64,000 nucleotides of DNA from Phoronis australis (lineage: Eukaryota > Animalia > Phoronida): the NCBI GenBank assembly GCA_002633005.1, contig NMRA01000400.1, positions 172,768-236,767 of the forward strand, in the 5' to 3' direction. The position numbers and the translations under genes were made by a program. Numbering within the stretch: the first letter of the stretch is position 1; every line of letters begins with the position of its first letter. A model generated the notes under the pieces. That model was given only the letters and a program-made list of their open reading frames with translations. It had not been told where the DNA came from and searched no databases. Of the stretch, positions 1 to 15,000 are shown in pieces.

Positions 1-194
1 GCGAGATCTTGTTTTAGTGAGACACTAGGCAACGTTATTGAACTCGACACTGCAAGCAAACATTTCTACGGTTATCACTAGCGCAACCTACTGAGTTTTG
101 ATTTCCTGTTATTATACAGCAACAAAATACAAATCGAACATGTCAATGCTTAAAGTTGGCACCAACACTCATTTAACGTTTGTTCACAGAACAG

Positions 195-915
195 CAGGCA
201 GGTGGAAAGGGGAACTGTATGGCTCCGGGATTCCCGCCACAACCGAACAATAATGCCGCCAAACATCACTAATCGAGACTGAACACCTATAATTAATTAC
301 GCGTTAAAATATCAGCACAGCACAATATTAATGTACGGTATTCGTGCGCTGGTTTCCATGGCAGTGTACAACTAAAAAATTATGGCAAACAGCAACTATC
401 AGTTCCAACAAGAAGACTTGGTAGGTGCGCCGACGTGAGCACAGCTTCGAGTTGAAAGACACTGCAAAGTGTCACCACCTGTAGCAAAAACACACCACAC
501 CACACCACAACACACCACAACACAACACACCACACCACACCACANCAGGCAGGTGGAAAGGGGAACTGTATGGCTCCGGGATTCCCGCCACAACCGAACA
601 ATAATGCCGCCAAACATCACTAATCGAGACTGAACACCTATAATTAATTACGCGTTAAAATATCAGCACAGCACAATATTAATGTACGGTATTCGTGCGC
701 TGGTTTCCATGGCAGTGTACAACTAAAAAATTATGGCAAACAGCAACTATCAGTTCCAACAAGAAGACTTGGTAGGTGCGCCGACGTGAGCACAGCTTCG
801 AGTTGAAAGACACTGCAAAGTGTCACCACCTGTAGCAAAAACACACCACACCACACCACAACACACCACACCACAACACACCACAACACACCACACCACA
901 CCACACCACAACACA
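195..915. repeat. Exact ~350-bp direct duplication across an n gap, each copy ending in a (CACCA/CACAA)n microsatellite
   Basis: 195-544 is repeated from 546; n at 545. Confidence 0.9.
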
Positions 916-3900
916 AAAAGTCTGCTTTCCGAAAGGTATTGGCTAAGGATGCAGACACCGGATCGATCTGGTCACACATCCCCTAACGAGACTCTTCTGT
1001 TCAATTTACATAATTTGTTAAAGAAGAAATTTAACACCGTTCTCTCCGAGAGAAAAGTAATTTCAGAGAACACCAGAACCAAAACCACCAACTCGGCAGT
1101 AGCAGCCTAACACCCTACTAATGAGACAAATGCCACCCATTAAATAGCATAGTATATTCAGCCTAGTATTTAAATGGCGAATATACTGGCGTTAATTTAC
1201 GCGTCTGGATGTCTTGAAAACAATTCGCAGAATCACAGCAGCACAAGCCATGTTGTTGTTTTATAGCTCTGATCAAAGCTAATAAATTCAAGAAGTCTGC
1301 GTTTGATTGGCCACCAAAACGACAACATCTCTTTCAGGATACTACATCCTGTGTTGGTGATTTAACTCAAAGTGCTTTCGCCAATTTCATTGTTCAGCTA
1401 AAGCTTTGTCTCCACTCCGGTCACACCACGAATGCGTGGTTATTGCCCGGCCGTCATGCATTGAGTCACTCACAGGGTTAGTTAACATGCATATTAAGCA
1501 TTTGCTGTATGGAGTTGATGAACTTGAATCAAACTTGAAGGATTGGGAAAAGTCTAAAGAGCATTGTTTTCTTTCAAATATTCAAGAGCTAAGTCCGCGT
1601 TAAAATCCAGTAATTAAATAGTCAAAATCTGACTAATACCCTTTTAAAACGACCATCTGAGTAAAAAGACAGTAATATGTAGGCAACTATTTACCATTTC
1701 CTTGCAAACAGACTAACTTTTTGAAAAAAAAATAAATAACGGCAACACATTATTTTTCATTAAAACTGCATATTGCCCTGTATAGATGGCAAAAACAAAA
1801 ATTGAATTAGGTTATTTACTCTCATAAAGTCGATCTCACGATATTCCTCACCACGACAGAATTCTATATCAGTTATGGGAAAAAACATCGAAATCCTTGA
1901 CCACTCAAGATAAGACGGTCGACATGTGCCAACGACTGCATCTCAAATGGTGTACTTCTTGAGTTGCTCATTAGCGTCATAAATAAGGACACTAGATAGC
2001 GCAAATAAAATGACGTCGCAAACTATTTAAAGAAAAGTTTTGCAAAACTAAATGAAAATCCATCAAGGACCTCTAACCATACTGAGACAAATGTAAAAAA
2101 AATCACCTTGCCCCTAGGGAGCAAATTGGTAGCTGGATCTGCCCGAAAAGAATTTGTCTTCTGTTCACAAGAATGTGCCAAATTTTCAAATAAACCCTAG
2201 CAGGGGGTTAGATGATACAGCAGTTGATGCGAACACATGGTGGCGCACAGTAGTCAGACTCGTCGGAAAACCAACATCAGTTAACTATTGTAAGTAGGAA
2301 CATATCTGCCAATTTTTGAAATGATCCTCCAAGCAGTTTCATGATACAGGGGCGGACAAAAACAATAAAAATGGCCGCCAGATGGCAGAGAACTGGAACG
2401 TGCTGCTGGCTTCATAAAAACAGGTAAATGAACTCTTGAAGATACAGGAGCAAATCTTAAAGACTAAAATTGTCACTTGAGTACAGTAATTCTCTATTTC
2501 TTCTGCACAGAAGTAGTTGTCAAAGGCTGATTACTTTGCTACAGACAATGGGAACTTAAATAAATATTGTTTTTAAGGCATCCTTACAGTACAGACCATT
2601 CCAAAATGACGCATGACAGACTGGGACTTGTGCCAGTTGCGGAAATGGTATCCCATCACAGCAATACTGATTTTATGAGAGTAAACAGCATAATGGTAAT
2701 GTATTAGTAAATATTATTTACCTTTCCTAGTAATCTGATTGGCATTTTGAATAAGTAACTAAAACTTGTAGTACATATATAATAGCAACAAATACGAGCT
2801 ACAAATTGGTTGCCATTTCATAACATCTTTGTAATGAATTACACTGACTATTAAAGATAATAACATAAAGGGCGGAGTCCACCATACTTTACTGACATCT
2901 GACTTGACAACTAACCAGTCACGAGTTACATTTTGAAATTTCCCTCGATGCGATTGGTCAAATCTTGAACGAAGTCTGGCAGTCCACATTTATGGCTGTA
3001 ACTAAAATATTCGAGTAGCAAACTTAGCCAAACCTTTCTAAAAAAAGAGTCACTAAGAAATAACAATTTCTGCACACTGAATGTAAGAACAACATGCAGA
3101 AAACTGATATTCACACCATAACTACTAACAACAAAGTTTCTTCAATTTAGAACACAATATGGGTGAACAGCACCATTTTATTGAGACAAAATTTCCCAGA
3201 AAACAAATAGAAGAAATTTTCATGTCATTATTTGCATACTGGTTCACATTGTACAGTAGTCACCAACAAACAGATGATTAAGTTTTGACCAATAATATCT
3301 TTTGAAAAATGGAAAGACTATTTTGAAAACTACTTTTGTTCTAATTTGAAGACACTGTAGCGCATGCCCCTTAAACAACATTGGCAAGTAAGGTGAAACA
3401 CAATTGCTCAGACTGAATAGTTTCCCTAACTTTAAAACATGCCAGCCCCTATGTACAATTTGTATCACTTGTTAATGGTCACAGCTAGACCTGTGAGCAG
3501 AGAGGTGGTAAGCACCCAACTGGGCCCAGTCAATGGCAGCCTGGACTAATACATTCTGAAGTACAAAAAGGCATTCATTTTGAGAGCTATGGTTTTTCTT
3601 ACAACTTGATATAACTAACTCGCTAATAACTAAGAACAAAGTAATAAAAGCTAAATAGAAACCAAATAACATTTAAAATAAATAAATATGCAGACATGTA
3701 ATTCAAATGCAAACAACAGTTTTTGAAATAAACTGAACAACATCAGAATTCAACAGTTTTGGGACATAGTATTGCAACAAAATACCCATTTCTTTTCTAG
3801 CAGACTCCCCTTCAATTCCGGCTAAATCTCAACAGGTGTCTAAATCGCGACAACTAACTACTTGAGTACATTTATAGATAAACAACTAGTGGCGTGGCGT

Positions 3901-5822
3901 AATAGCGCCACATTAAACTCTGACAAAAGCTCAACAAAAACACTGAATTATTGCAATAAAAGTTTGACAAAACTCGTCACATAAAAGAATTCTGGCAAGA
4001 CATTCATTCAAGTTTGGCAGAGTTGTATTGAAATCTGTCCAGTTTATTTCGAAAACTATTGCATTAACTGTGTACCATTAATAACTAGGTAAGACATGCA
4101 CACCATTCAGAGAATAGATGATCAACATCATGTCAGCCAGTGTGATTCAGCAAAGCTAAACCGGAAGACTTTTCCGGAAATTGGTTTTGGCAACAGGCTT
4201 CTATGCGCGGAAGACAACGATAATCACTACCATGAAACATCCACTGTCAGTGGTAATTTGTAACTAGTTTAGCACCTGAGTGTGAGAACAGATGGAATTT
4301 AATTTTGTCAAAATTCAAAACAAAAATAATGAACACGGAAAACAGTCTTCATTCACACAGTTTTTAAAGTGCAGTTGTCGTAAAGTTTTGTTAAATTTCA
4401 AAAAGAAAAACACATTGAAGCAAGTAAGTGATATTCATTTTTCCGTGAACTCTGATGAATTGCTAATTTTAAGCTCATCCAATAGATTTGACCAATCAAA
4501 ACTAAGTTTTATACATAAGGGATCTGGGTGAACCAATCAATGCAGTAAAAATTCTCCAATGAGGAAAAAGACACTTGTTTTGCTCAAATTAGCACCCTGT
4601 ACCAAATTTTAGAACAGGCACCCAGCAGAGCCAAAGCTATAACTTCAGTGAGAGGGTTTACTGAATTAGGAGCTGCGTTATTGAAAACAAAAAAAGCAAA
4701 TTTACATATGAGCATAGACTTAAAATGTAAGCATGACAGTCAAATTTGAGAACAGTGATCTGAAATCAAATTAAAAGCCAGGACTTGCTTCACCAATGAG
4801 AAATACACCAGAGATTCATCAGTTTCTTGACACCCCTTCTGAGATTGCGTAACAGCAAACGATCCTTAAGGATGAGAACGCGTAACCCTTTGACTTGACA
4901 TATTTTGTGACACTAACTTTTGTGCGAATCATTTCAACATCCCACTGCACTATAATGGCAATTTGGCGGCAAAATGCATAGTGAAATTGCACTACTTCGG
5001 TTCTCCAGCCATAACAAAATTCTGCTGTAGATGACATCGAACATTAGTCCCACAAAACACTCTTAAAGCTTATACCAAAATGTGGCACAATAGAAAATAT
5101 TTTTTGCTACTTTCAATGGGGCCATTTCCCAAAAATAGATACATGGAGCATAAAACATCTAACCACAGTTATATTTGTGAAACCTACACTGTGAAAAAAG
5201 GATCTTTCATGGTCAATAGATACACCCTCCAGGTGGAGCTAGTGTTATGTGACCAAGCAATCCATTGGCTAAACTCACAAATACCTTGACCAATCAACAG
5301 CATGTCAAGATATATGGGGCAGTAGTATGACATTCACTGCAGCACTATTTACAGAACCGCACACTAGAATTTGACATTTGGCACACAGTGTTTTGGATCT
5401 GACAACAAGACTTAATCGCTGGCAGCAGTATTAGCAGTGACTAAATACTGAAATCAAAGGACTGACTAGAACACTTATGGGTCTGCTCAGAGAATAACGG
5501 CTCTATCATCCACTGAGAGACGACCTACTTAGTAAAAGGGTAAAAATTCATCACCTTGAGACACAGTATGGCGGATAGGCGAAATTTCATTTTGTCAAAT
5601 TTCTAAACAAAAGCAACTTTTCAGGACAATTTACTTGGCCCAGCTATTACCATTGATCATTAAGTAAAATTTTGAGCAATTGCTATAATGTCATAAGTCT
5701 TTGAAAAATAGAAATATGTAATCATTTTTGTACCAAATTGAAGAATTTTTCTCGTATGCAAATCTAAGTATTATGTAGGAAGTAGTGACAAAATGCTCAT
5801 ACAGACACAGATCCAGTCTAAC

Positions 5823-6013
5823 TTAGACAGACTGCAACGTAACGGCGGGACGGTTGTGAGGAAGACTCTCAAAGACACGGCAAGCTTTAGCGGTGGACAG
5901 GACAGCGATGAAGGTCAAGCCCACCATTATGAAGAACATACCAGACCAGCCGAACTGGTCCGCCACGAAGCCGATCACAGGTCCCTCCAGGACGGTGCCG
6001 ACGCTGCCGAAGC
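5823..6013 (-). CDS. SLC37-like exon 13 (GFGSVGTVLEGPVIG...PAVTLQSV*)
   Basis: CAG acceptor; TAA at 5823-5825. Confidence 0.9.
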
Positions 6014-9000
6014 CTGTGGGCGTTAATTGTTTAAATTTATTTCATGACTACAGGTATATAAATATAGATAACGTTACTCCCCAGAAATCCAGAGGTGTTG
6101 ATGCAAGAATGACATCAGCAGTTATGAAAGCACATATCAAATACGTTGAAATTCAGCGCATTGACTCCAAAGATTACAGGTCATGTGATATAACCATGTA
6201 ATGTGACCAACAGACGACGTGAATGGAGGTTGCGTGCAATGCAAAGAAAGTGACTCACAAGTTGAGGAAACAGAAGGCAAAGTACGGCAGACTAACACAA
6301 TCAAAAAATGCCATTGGAGGGCACAGTTAACAACAAAAACATGAACGTGTCATTACCACATTATAGTCAATGGCAAAACATAAAATTCTGACAAACGATG
6401 ATCAGTACCACCGCACGTGTCAGAAGTTTGACAGGTTTGTTTCACTTTATGTGGCAATGCACATACAGTAGTTATCAAAATAAACTAGGCAAACTTCACC
6501 AAAATGTTGTCACCTTTCCAGAATTAATGGTGGAGAACTTAAATACTTATCATAGTCTTCTTCAAGAAAAAATGATGGAAAAACTGACAAGTCAAAAACA
6601 TTAATTTTGTCAACTAAAGCACATTTTCATACCTAATAAGATTTCTCAAAAATCTCCATTATTTTGGCCCAATTCCGCTGAGAGTGGGTGCAAAATGTAG
6701 ATTTTCTAATTGTGATTTTTTTCAATGCAGAATCTTCCAAAATAATTTGTCTATTACCTGTAATAATCTTTATAAAACCCATATTCAGTGGGATAAGCGG
6801 CCTTTCTCCCATGGAACATTGAATGTCACATGAGAGATTTCATCTTCAATTTGTGCCGTGTAATAAATTATCCATGAAACATACTCTCCAATAGAGGGCT
6901 CTTATTTTGCAAGACTGAGATAATTCCCACCATTGCTCCAGATCAATCCTACCAGTGTTTTCCGTAGATAAGCCCACCTGATGAAACGCTCATGGGCCTT
7001 TATTCAGAAAATTACGCGGTGCTACAACTTCTGGTGTCAAGTGTCCAGATAGTGGGGTGTTTATTTGGAAAATTTCCTCATAAAAACCCACTCCCAGTCA
7101 ACTTTTCATCACAAATTCAATTTTATGGTGTTAGCAAACTATGCATTTATTAACATAGATTTTAAAAACACAGTTTTAACTAAAAAATATCAAAGACAAC
7201 AAGACTATGACTTTCCGTTTACACGCCCCCTTTTTCCGAATAAACGCCTGGGCGTTTATTTGGTGTTACTAAAATGCCTGAAAATTTTCATTTTCCGAAT
7301 GCACGCCCATGGGCTTATCTAAGGAAAATCCCGGTAGCATTTAGTTTCAGTACAACTTGGTGAGATTGCAACGAAGTCAGACACAGTTCGCACCAGCATG
7401 ATGAGCCAAAACAAGCTCTCACATGATTCAATGGTAGTGTTTTAATCTCTCACCATTAATAAATCCCACGACAGCTGCGGCGGCATTCCGACCATCCATT
7501 TCCCCTAGAACAGCTGGAAACGAACCACCTGCAGGGAAGAATATCCGAAATTAAACTTAGGTAATTGTGTGACGGAGCAGGGACAAAATTTTCAGATCAG
7601 GGGAGATAACCAAAAAACAACTGTACACCAGAATTTAAAATCCAGAACGTAACTGCTTTTATAACGCTCATTTCAAGTATGAACTCCAGAAATGTGTTTG
7701 AATACAAAAAGATTATAAATAACGTTATGCCAGGGAAATGGCATTTTTGTCTGTTACTTTTGGTTATGCTTTCAACGCTTTCATGTGTGCGACTAATCCA
7801 TTTGGTACGTCTCAAAGTAGTAAGAAATAATCCCAGCTTGACAGCAGCTGTCTAACATACCAAATGGCAAAGATAAGCAACTGAATATTCAGAATTCATT
7901 AGAATCAAAAATGTTCACTAGTGCTTAAAGAGCACCTCAACATGAATTGGGAAACTACTACAGGGCTTGGAATGACCAATGACAAAAAACGCGGAAACTT
8001 TTTACGGCCCAAAACATGCGCGCTACCCAGCCTTGAAATAGTCGATGTGAACCTTTCGCCGACAAAATCCGGTAGGACTAAAAAAACCTTACCACCATAT
8101 CAGTAGCATGCGTCTGCGTCTTTTTATCTCGTCCATCCACTCCTCCACTACCACCCCCACACATTTTTGGCTGCAGAGACGTAGTATTTGTCACCGCGGT
8201 TTACAATCACACGAAACGCCATTGAAAATCCCACCACGCTATCCCAGATGCCCCGGCAATGTTGACAATTTACGATCCTCCGAAACATAAAGAGCAACTT
8301 CCGCTTTTCGAGGTGAACGTCGTCGGCAACGCCGCGGTAAGAAAGGAATTTGCCGCGGAAATTTTATATGAAATCCGATTTTTTTACGCGGAAATATAAT
8401 AAAATGCGCGGAAAGAACATTTGAAAAAAGCGGAAATCCGCGTTTCCGCCGCGTTTCCGCGGGAAATTCCAAGCCCTGCTACTAACAGCTTCTCCACCAT
8501 GATGGAAAATTTCACTTGCAGTCAAAATGACGGGCAATAATAGAGAATTCTGGGTCATTTTGTCATATATCTAAGGAAAGAGTATTGCAGATGCAATAGT
8601 TTTCAAAGAAAAGCTAACAAAATTGCATCTCGATTACAATCGGCCAATTTTCAAACATGTTAGTTTTTGTATGGTTTCCTTCAAGGTTTGTCAGAACTCT
8701 GACGAAATGTCATTTTTTGAAAACTACTGCACTCAATACCAAAAACATCGAAAGTAATGATAGTTTAAAGTTCTGACAACACTCTTACCCAATAGCATGT
8801 CGGGGCCACAGTTGAAAGCACCAGCCAGAAACATGCAGATACAGTTAATGATGACGCCCCACCTGGACGTGAACTTGTAGACGGCTAAAGAGATCATGCT
8901 GAGTATAATTATCCAGGTTACGCCATAGAGCGTCCGACCGTGAAACACCCTGTGAAGCAGAAGACGACAGATCTCAGTTAACAGCAACAATAACGAAAAT

Positions 9001-12000
9001 TCAAACAAAACTACTTAGTACCAAAACTTTCATTTTTCATTTAATGCTTCTACAGGATATGTTTCCTCTAGAGTCATTTTGCACAAAACTCAGATTTGAC
9101 AATATCCAAAAATTACACTTTTCTATCATATTGAGTGTTGAATAGGCAAAGAATTGTAGCCAATAAAATGCGGTCAGAGCTTGTGAAATCTGACTTCTTT
9201 CACAGAGTTAGAGGTTTCAAACGAAGTGCACACATTTTAATAGTACACACGACTATTCTAGTATTTTTGGGATTTAAGAATTAAGAACACAATCCGTCAA
9301 ATTCCACATTTCAGGACACAAACCGATCAACGGGGGTTTTGCACCAGACGTATGCAATATTCAAGAAAACAACGGTTTTAAAACTTGACATGCTTCGGTG
9401 TCATTTATTCAACACCATCCTCAGAAGTGATAGTATAGTGGCCACCTAGCTAGGCCCAGCAACAAGTAATGAAGCACAGATAGTCAGTTACAGGGAGTGA
9501 CAATGAACTAGACCACCAACAACAACCTGTGGTGTGTCAGTTGCCTATTGAGATTGCAAGTAGTTGCTGATTAATTAAGTCTGAAGGTGGCGTTCGTTCT
9601 TTTTCCAGTACTGAGAAACAGCAAAATGGGGCCATAGCATAAGAAAGTAAGGTAATTCCCAAGTCATTTTTACGTTCTCATAATGGGGACCTGGTGAATG
9701 ACAATGAAGGAAATAACACAAAAGCTCACTTAGCAAACTAACCTGTCTATTACGAAACCTATAAGTGCACTTCCAACAACGCCGCCAATTTCGAATACTG
9801 TAGCGTACATCCCCGCTTCCACCTTGGAATAATTTAACTACGACAAGATACGAGAAATGAAACGTTACTTTGGATTTGGTGAAGCCAGAAGACGGTAACA
9901 TTTTAAGATATAGCAGGCCCACAAACACTGCTTTTACTCCAAATAATGGTACACGCACATGTTAACATACTGCAGTTCATTAATGTTACAATTTATAAAA
10001 TGAACAGCAATAAGATTAGAACATCAAAAGTATAATCTAGGTGAAAATTTATATGGCTTTGTAAATAAAACTGCATCTGAGCTAACAGTCAGGTTAAATC
10101 AAAACAAAGTTCGACTTTTCAGTTTATCGGCTACACACAAATAGGTGGATCACAAGTGACAGACGTTTTCATTGGTGAACTGCTGGAGGGCCAACAGGTC
10201 ACTGCGATGTATTTGCATACCGATCGGCCAATCACAGTTTGAGTTATCTTCTCAAGTCAACATTCACTGTAGACATAGAAACAAATTTGTCAATTTGTTC
10301 AAAAAGATAGTTACGTACATAATATAGTAAGTATAGAGGGAGCCACATGTACATAGTGTAACGGACAATTTTCAGGCAGAACATAGAGATTGCAACCTCC
10401 GGAATGGTCCTGAAAAAGGAGAAAACAAAATACCAAGACATTGGTATGAAACAGTTAATAAAAAACAAGATTAATTCAAACAATCTTATGGTGAAAAAAT
10501 TATAACAGAGTGACATTCAGAAGTAGTGTCATGTGATTTTGAAGGAAATATTAATTGGAAATTATGAAAACAAGCTGAACAAGTTAAAATTAGCTAATTG
10601 AGACATTGCGATACAGTGACAACAGGTGTCGTGTTTAAAAAATGATCATTAGACAGGGAGTTCTTTATCTAAAATGGTGTCCATTTTCATCTCAACAATT
10701 AGAATCTCCATGGTCAAACCATAGCTACGTACATCATTGTGTTATAAATCAGAATTTGAATGTGGTAGACGGCATATGTTGGTTATATCCCGTGACCTAG
10801 AGTTAAGTATGAAAACATTTCTGTACTGCAACATTACGCAAACATAAGAGAGACTTCCCAAACAAATTTTATTTTGTCTGTGTTGTGTTAGTTTAAGGTT
10901 AGCGATCAACTCCTGCCACTTACGGTATTTTGACGATTTCTCTTAGACTTGGCCTGTTTTGTTCCTGGCCTTTTCCACTTTGAATGGCTGTTTAAAGTAA
11001 ATCAAAAAGTGGATTTATTCACAAGTTTCAAGCAGTGACTTTCCCTCCAGATATTAGTAAATCTGTAGGGCTTCCCGTTTACAATAGTTACGAAAGTCAG
11101 TTTAGTTCATAGTTCATGCATAAGGAAACAGTTTACATCTCTTGACTTCAAACACCTTATCAACAACACAGGCCCAAATGAAAGGCAAAAATATAGCAAA
11201 ACTGAAAACAAACAAATTGTGCTGTACGTCTATTCTGTATTTCCTAGCTAAGTATAGATGGCACTGTATGTCCAGTTGTGTAACACATTGTCACAACTAC
11301 TCTGACTATTAGTTCGTTATTAAGAGCTTCCCACGTTTCCTGCCACGAGACCCCTGTCTCATCTCTAACTAAACCCCACGTACAAAATACAAACAAACCA
11401 TGCTATATCAACAGCAGAATACAAAACCTTTTCATCTCATTTTTGAAAATACTAAGACAAAAAAATTAAGTCATGAACCAAAAGCCTAACTTCTGCTTGA
11501 AATGCATATTTTTGAGACAGTTCTACCCCCCTCTTTCCCATTCTTTACTGAACTTCCCTCATGACCATGACCGTCTTACCTTTTCCAGGAATCTCAATAT
11601 TGAGGTCAGCGGGCTGCTTAAAGAATAGCAACACTACAATGCCAAAGACAGCCTAGAAAGTAGCACAGCAAGATAGATCAGACAGCAATTGTGGTAATTT
11701 CTGTTTGTACAATAAATGCCAGAAACAATTCGACAAAGTATGGCTCAAACGCATTGCGCCATGACTCATCAAACCAGGTACCGTACACTAATGATGAATT
11801 ACACCAGCACTAGGCCGTCATGACGGTGTATCCACCTGTGCTCAGTCATCATGACGGTATGTCCACCTGTACTCTGCCGCCATGATGGGAATCATTTTGT
11901 TTGATTGGTTTTTTGAGTACTGTACTGGCCATCTACAAGTCTCCTCATGGCAAAGTTAGCAAATATACCAAAGACTGCACATCTCAGACTTGCATAAGCA

Positions 12001-15000
12001 AAATTTACTTAGCTCAAAAAACCAGTTGATACACATTCAACCTTTTAGACAGTGTAACGATACTTCATCAGTACTCCTCTGAATGTCATAACATGGTGTA
12101 CCTCAATATCAGATTGTATTACGCAAAAAATGAACTATCAAAAAACTTACGACAACGACAGCAGGTACAAGGAAACAAGCTCTCCATCCGTAGTGTGCCT
12201 GCAGCGCCACCTGTGACCAATGAAAGATCAAAATCACAAACAGAAGAATGACAAATTCAGAAACAAAGCAAATCAAAAAAAAACAGAAAAGCACTCTTCA
12301 AAGTTCTACACCGTGTTATATTTCATTTGTTGTTTGGCGTAAATGAAATTATCCTTCAGTTTGTCATCAGTGTGGAAATATTCCCAACACAAGACAAAAA
12401 CCAACCAGTTCAAGGTTGCCAACTGTGTTTGGGGATGTCGCAGTAGGCCAGTGGGTCAAAGGTCACCTGCTGATTCCAAATCACTCTCACCAGTAGTGTG
12501 GTTATACTATGCACATTGTATTGAGACATTAGCAAAAGGTGTATAAAACTTAGAGAAGAATCCTTGGTAGACAATGGTGAGTCTAGAATGTTTTGATTTT
12601 ATTAACAAAATCAAGATGTGATGGCAAGTTCACAACTGCTGTTTTCTTCAGTAATATTCTGATTGCATATAACCGCAATCTTTTCTTATATCATCTTTAT
12701 TGAAAATGAACATTTCTGACCCACTGATTAAAAGCCACATGTGACTCTATTACTCAGTTTTCTTTGAGTAACACAAGACCGTCTTATAACAATAACTTTT
12801 CAAAGTGTCTTGGTGATACACAAGAAAACGATACAGGTCTTCATGGACAAAAAAACGCACCGCCACACCAGATCCAACGATGCCACCCACGAAGGCGCAC
12901 GTGCCAAACAGGCCAAAGATTCTGTCCTTGGTGTTGTCGGCAAACCAGTTGCCGAGAGCTTTGGAGCAATTTGGCCAGCACTGGGACTGAAAGTGTAAAG
13001 TACGGTACTAAGAGTTACAAACAATCGTTCACACTAATTTAGAAGCAGACGCCAGAAAACCACTTAACAATGGCACAAATACAAAATCAAACCATGTGAA
13101 CTGCAAAAAGCACAAATCGTTCAAACAAAAATTAAGCACAAAAGTATTCGTACTAAAAACATGAAAGAATGTAATTCTCATAACGCTCAAGCCTATATTG
13201 AGAAGTGACTGGGTTAAAGTCGGAAAAGATCATTAACTGCTGGACTTTTCAAGTTAATTGGACTGTGTGGATCATAACTGACCTTTGCAGTGGATTCATG
13301 CAGTGCTATTCTTTGTGTTGAAAAGTAGTTGTTTTGGTGTCAAACTATATCTTAAAGTCTCAACATAAAAAAATCATCAATGTAACGTTACTTGCAAACT
13401 TTGCACCGTCGCGTTTGGAACATCCGATCATCTTGGCTAAGACTGAAATTAAGACATCTTTAAATCAATAAGACTGCCCCCCTTTAAGTTTTGTCATTCC
13501 TCGTGTTTCCGTACATCATTATTCTAAGACATTCTGTTGTTTGCAACTGGAAGTCCCTTATAGCAAGAATTGGGCCAATCTGATAAGTTTATCATTCTTT
13601 TGCACATTACAATCAGTGTGAATAAGCAAAATAAATTAATAAACAAAAGCACACTAACCTGTGCAAACCCGTTTATGAAGAGAAACATCATGAAGATCCA
13701 TAGACTACTAAAATGACCAAAGGAGCACTGAAAGACAAATGCATTACAATTACACTGTGCGTGCTTCAACGTCAAGTGCAACCGGCAACTTCCATCGTAC
13801 AGTCGACATTCAAAACAGTTAATTTTGAAGATTTCTGTCATCAGCATACTTAAAAGCTACTGTTACATAAAGAGCACCAGTCCGCTACAGCAGTCCCACC
13901 GAGCAGTGAGCGATTAAGTGAGCATGGGCGTTAACCCGAACGTTTACGGTATTATCTGTAAAGAACTCTGGTTTAGGGCATTAAAGGAATGTAACTAAGA
14001 TCCATTGTAAACCAATTCCTTTCCATGTATATATTAATGTTGCTGTGGATATTTAAGATGTCAAATTCATTAAAGTTAAAACTTATGCTACATCAGTTTA
14101 GAAATCCAAAATTAGTGGGTGGGTGATAAGCAAAGCATAGGCATTTGAAATGTTTTAAGTCAGTTTGAAAAAATTGTCTAGGGTCTTGTAACTTTGACAA
14201 AAACATGAGCATTGACACTACACATTTTTAAATCCAATATGCTATCAAAGTTGAATGAATCCTGTGGAAGTCACACAACATAAACGGTAACCCAATGTTG
14301 AGTCATAACAGAGCTTTTCAAACATAGACCAAGATTTTTAAACTTGAACACAGGCAGCAAAAATGCTTACACAATCAACTCTGTGACAGATTTCCTAGCA
14401 GGAAAAATTAGAACGCATCCCTTTAAGAACTGAAAACGCATCAGAACCTTACCATCGTCATTTTTGTATCAGACGTGAGGAAATGGAATGCCTTCACCAA
14501 TGTCGAATAAAAGGTTGGTAGCCTTGATGGCTTCATCCAATTCCACTTGTGGTCGTCTTAACCACACCTTCCACTCAGCACAAAAATTGTGCACACTCAT
14601 CGTTTCACCATTTTGGTGTCACCCCGTCCCTAAGTTATATTACTAATTTTTGTAAGTTTTGATTTATTCTCTTTTTTGTCTTATCCTTGTAGACCATGTT
14701 ATCAATAAGCCCTGGCTTATCATGTACATTTCATCTTCACTAAAAGTATTTTGTTATTATCAGGGCTTGGAATGACCAATGGCGAAAAACGCGGAAATTT
14801 TTATGGCCCGAAACATGCGCGCAGCCAGCCTTGAAAAAGCCGGTGTGGACCTTTTGCCGATCAACATCGAGAGGACTAAAAAAAAATAAAAACGGTACCA
14901 CCTCCGGAAGCGTGCGTCTGTCTTAGCTCGTCTGCCACTCCCCCCTCCCTACATTTTTTGGCTACAGAGTCGTAGTGTTTGTCACCGCGGTTTACAATCA

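Noticed and set aside
195-915. 350-bp direct duplication as a real segmental duplication
   Set aside because: The copies are identical and abut at an n within a microsatellite, typical of an unmerged contig overlap.
380-1110. CGVVW / TTPQH repeat ORFs
   Set aside because: Translations of the pentanucleotide microsatellite.
7921-8558. Recurrent small ORFs (RQIPFLPRRCRR.., GNADFRFFQM..) as a gene family; also at ~15000, ~25900 and ~58700
   Set aside because: They lie within MITE family A copies, and the frames are not preserved between copies.
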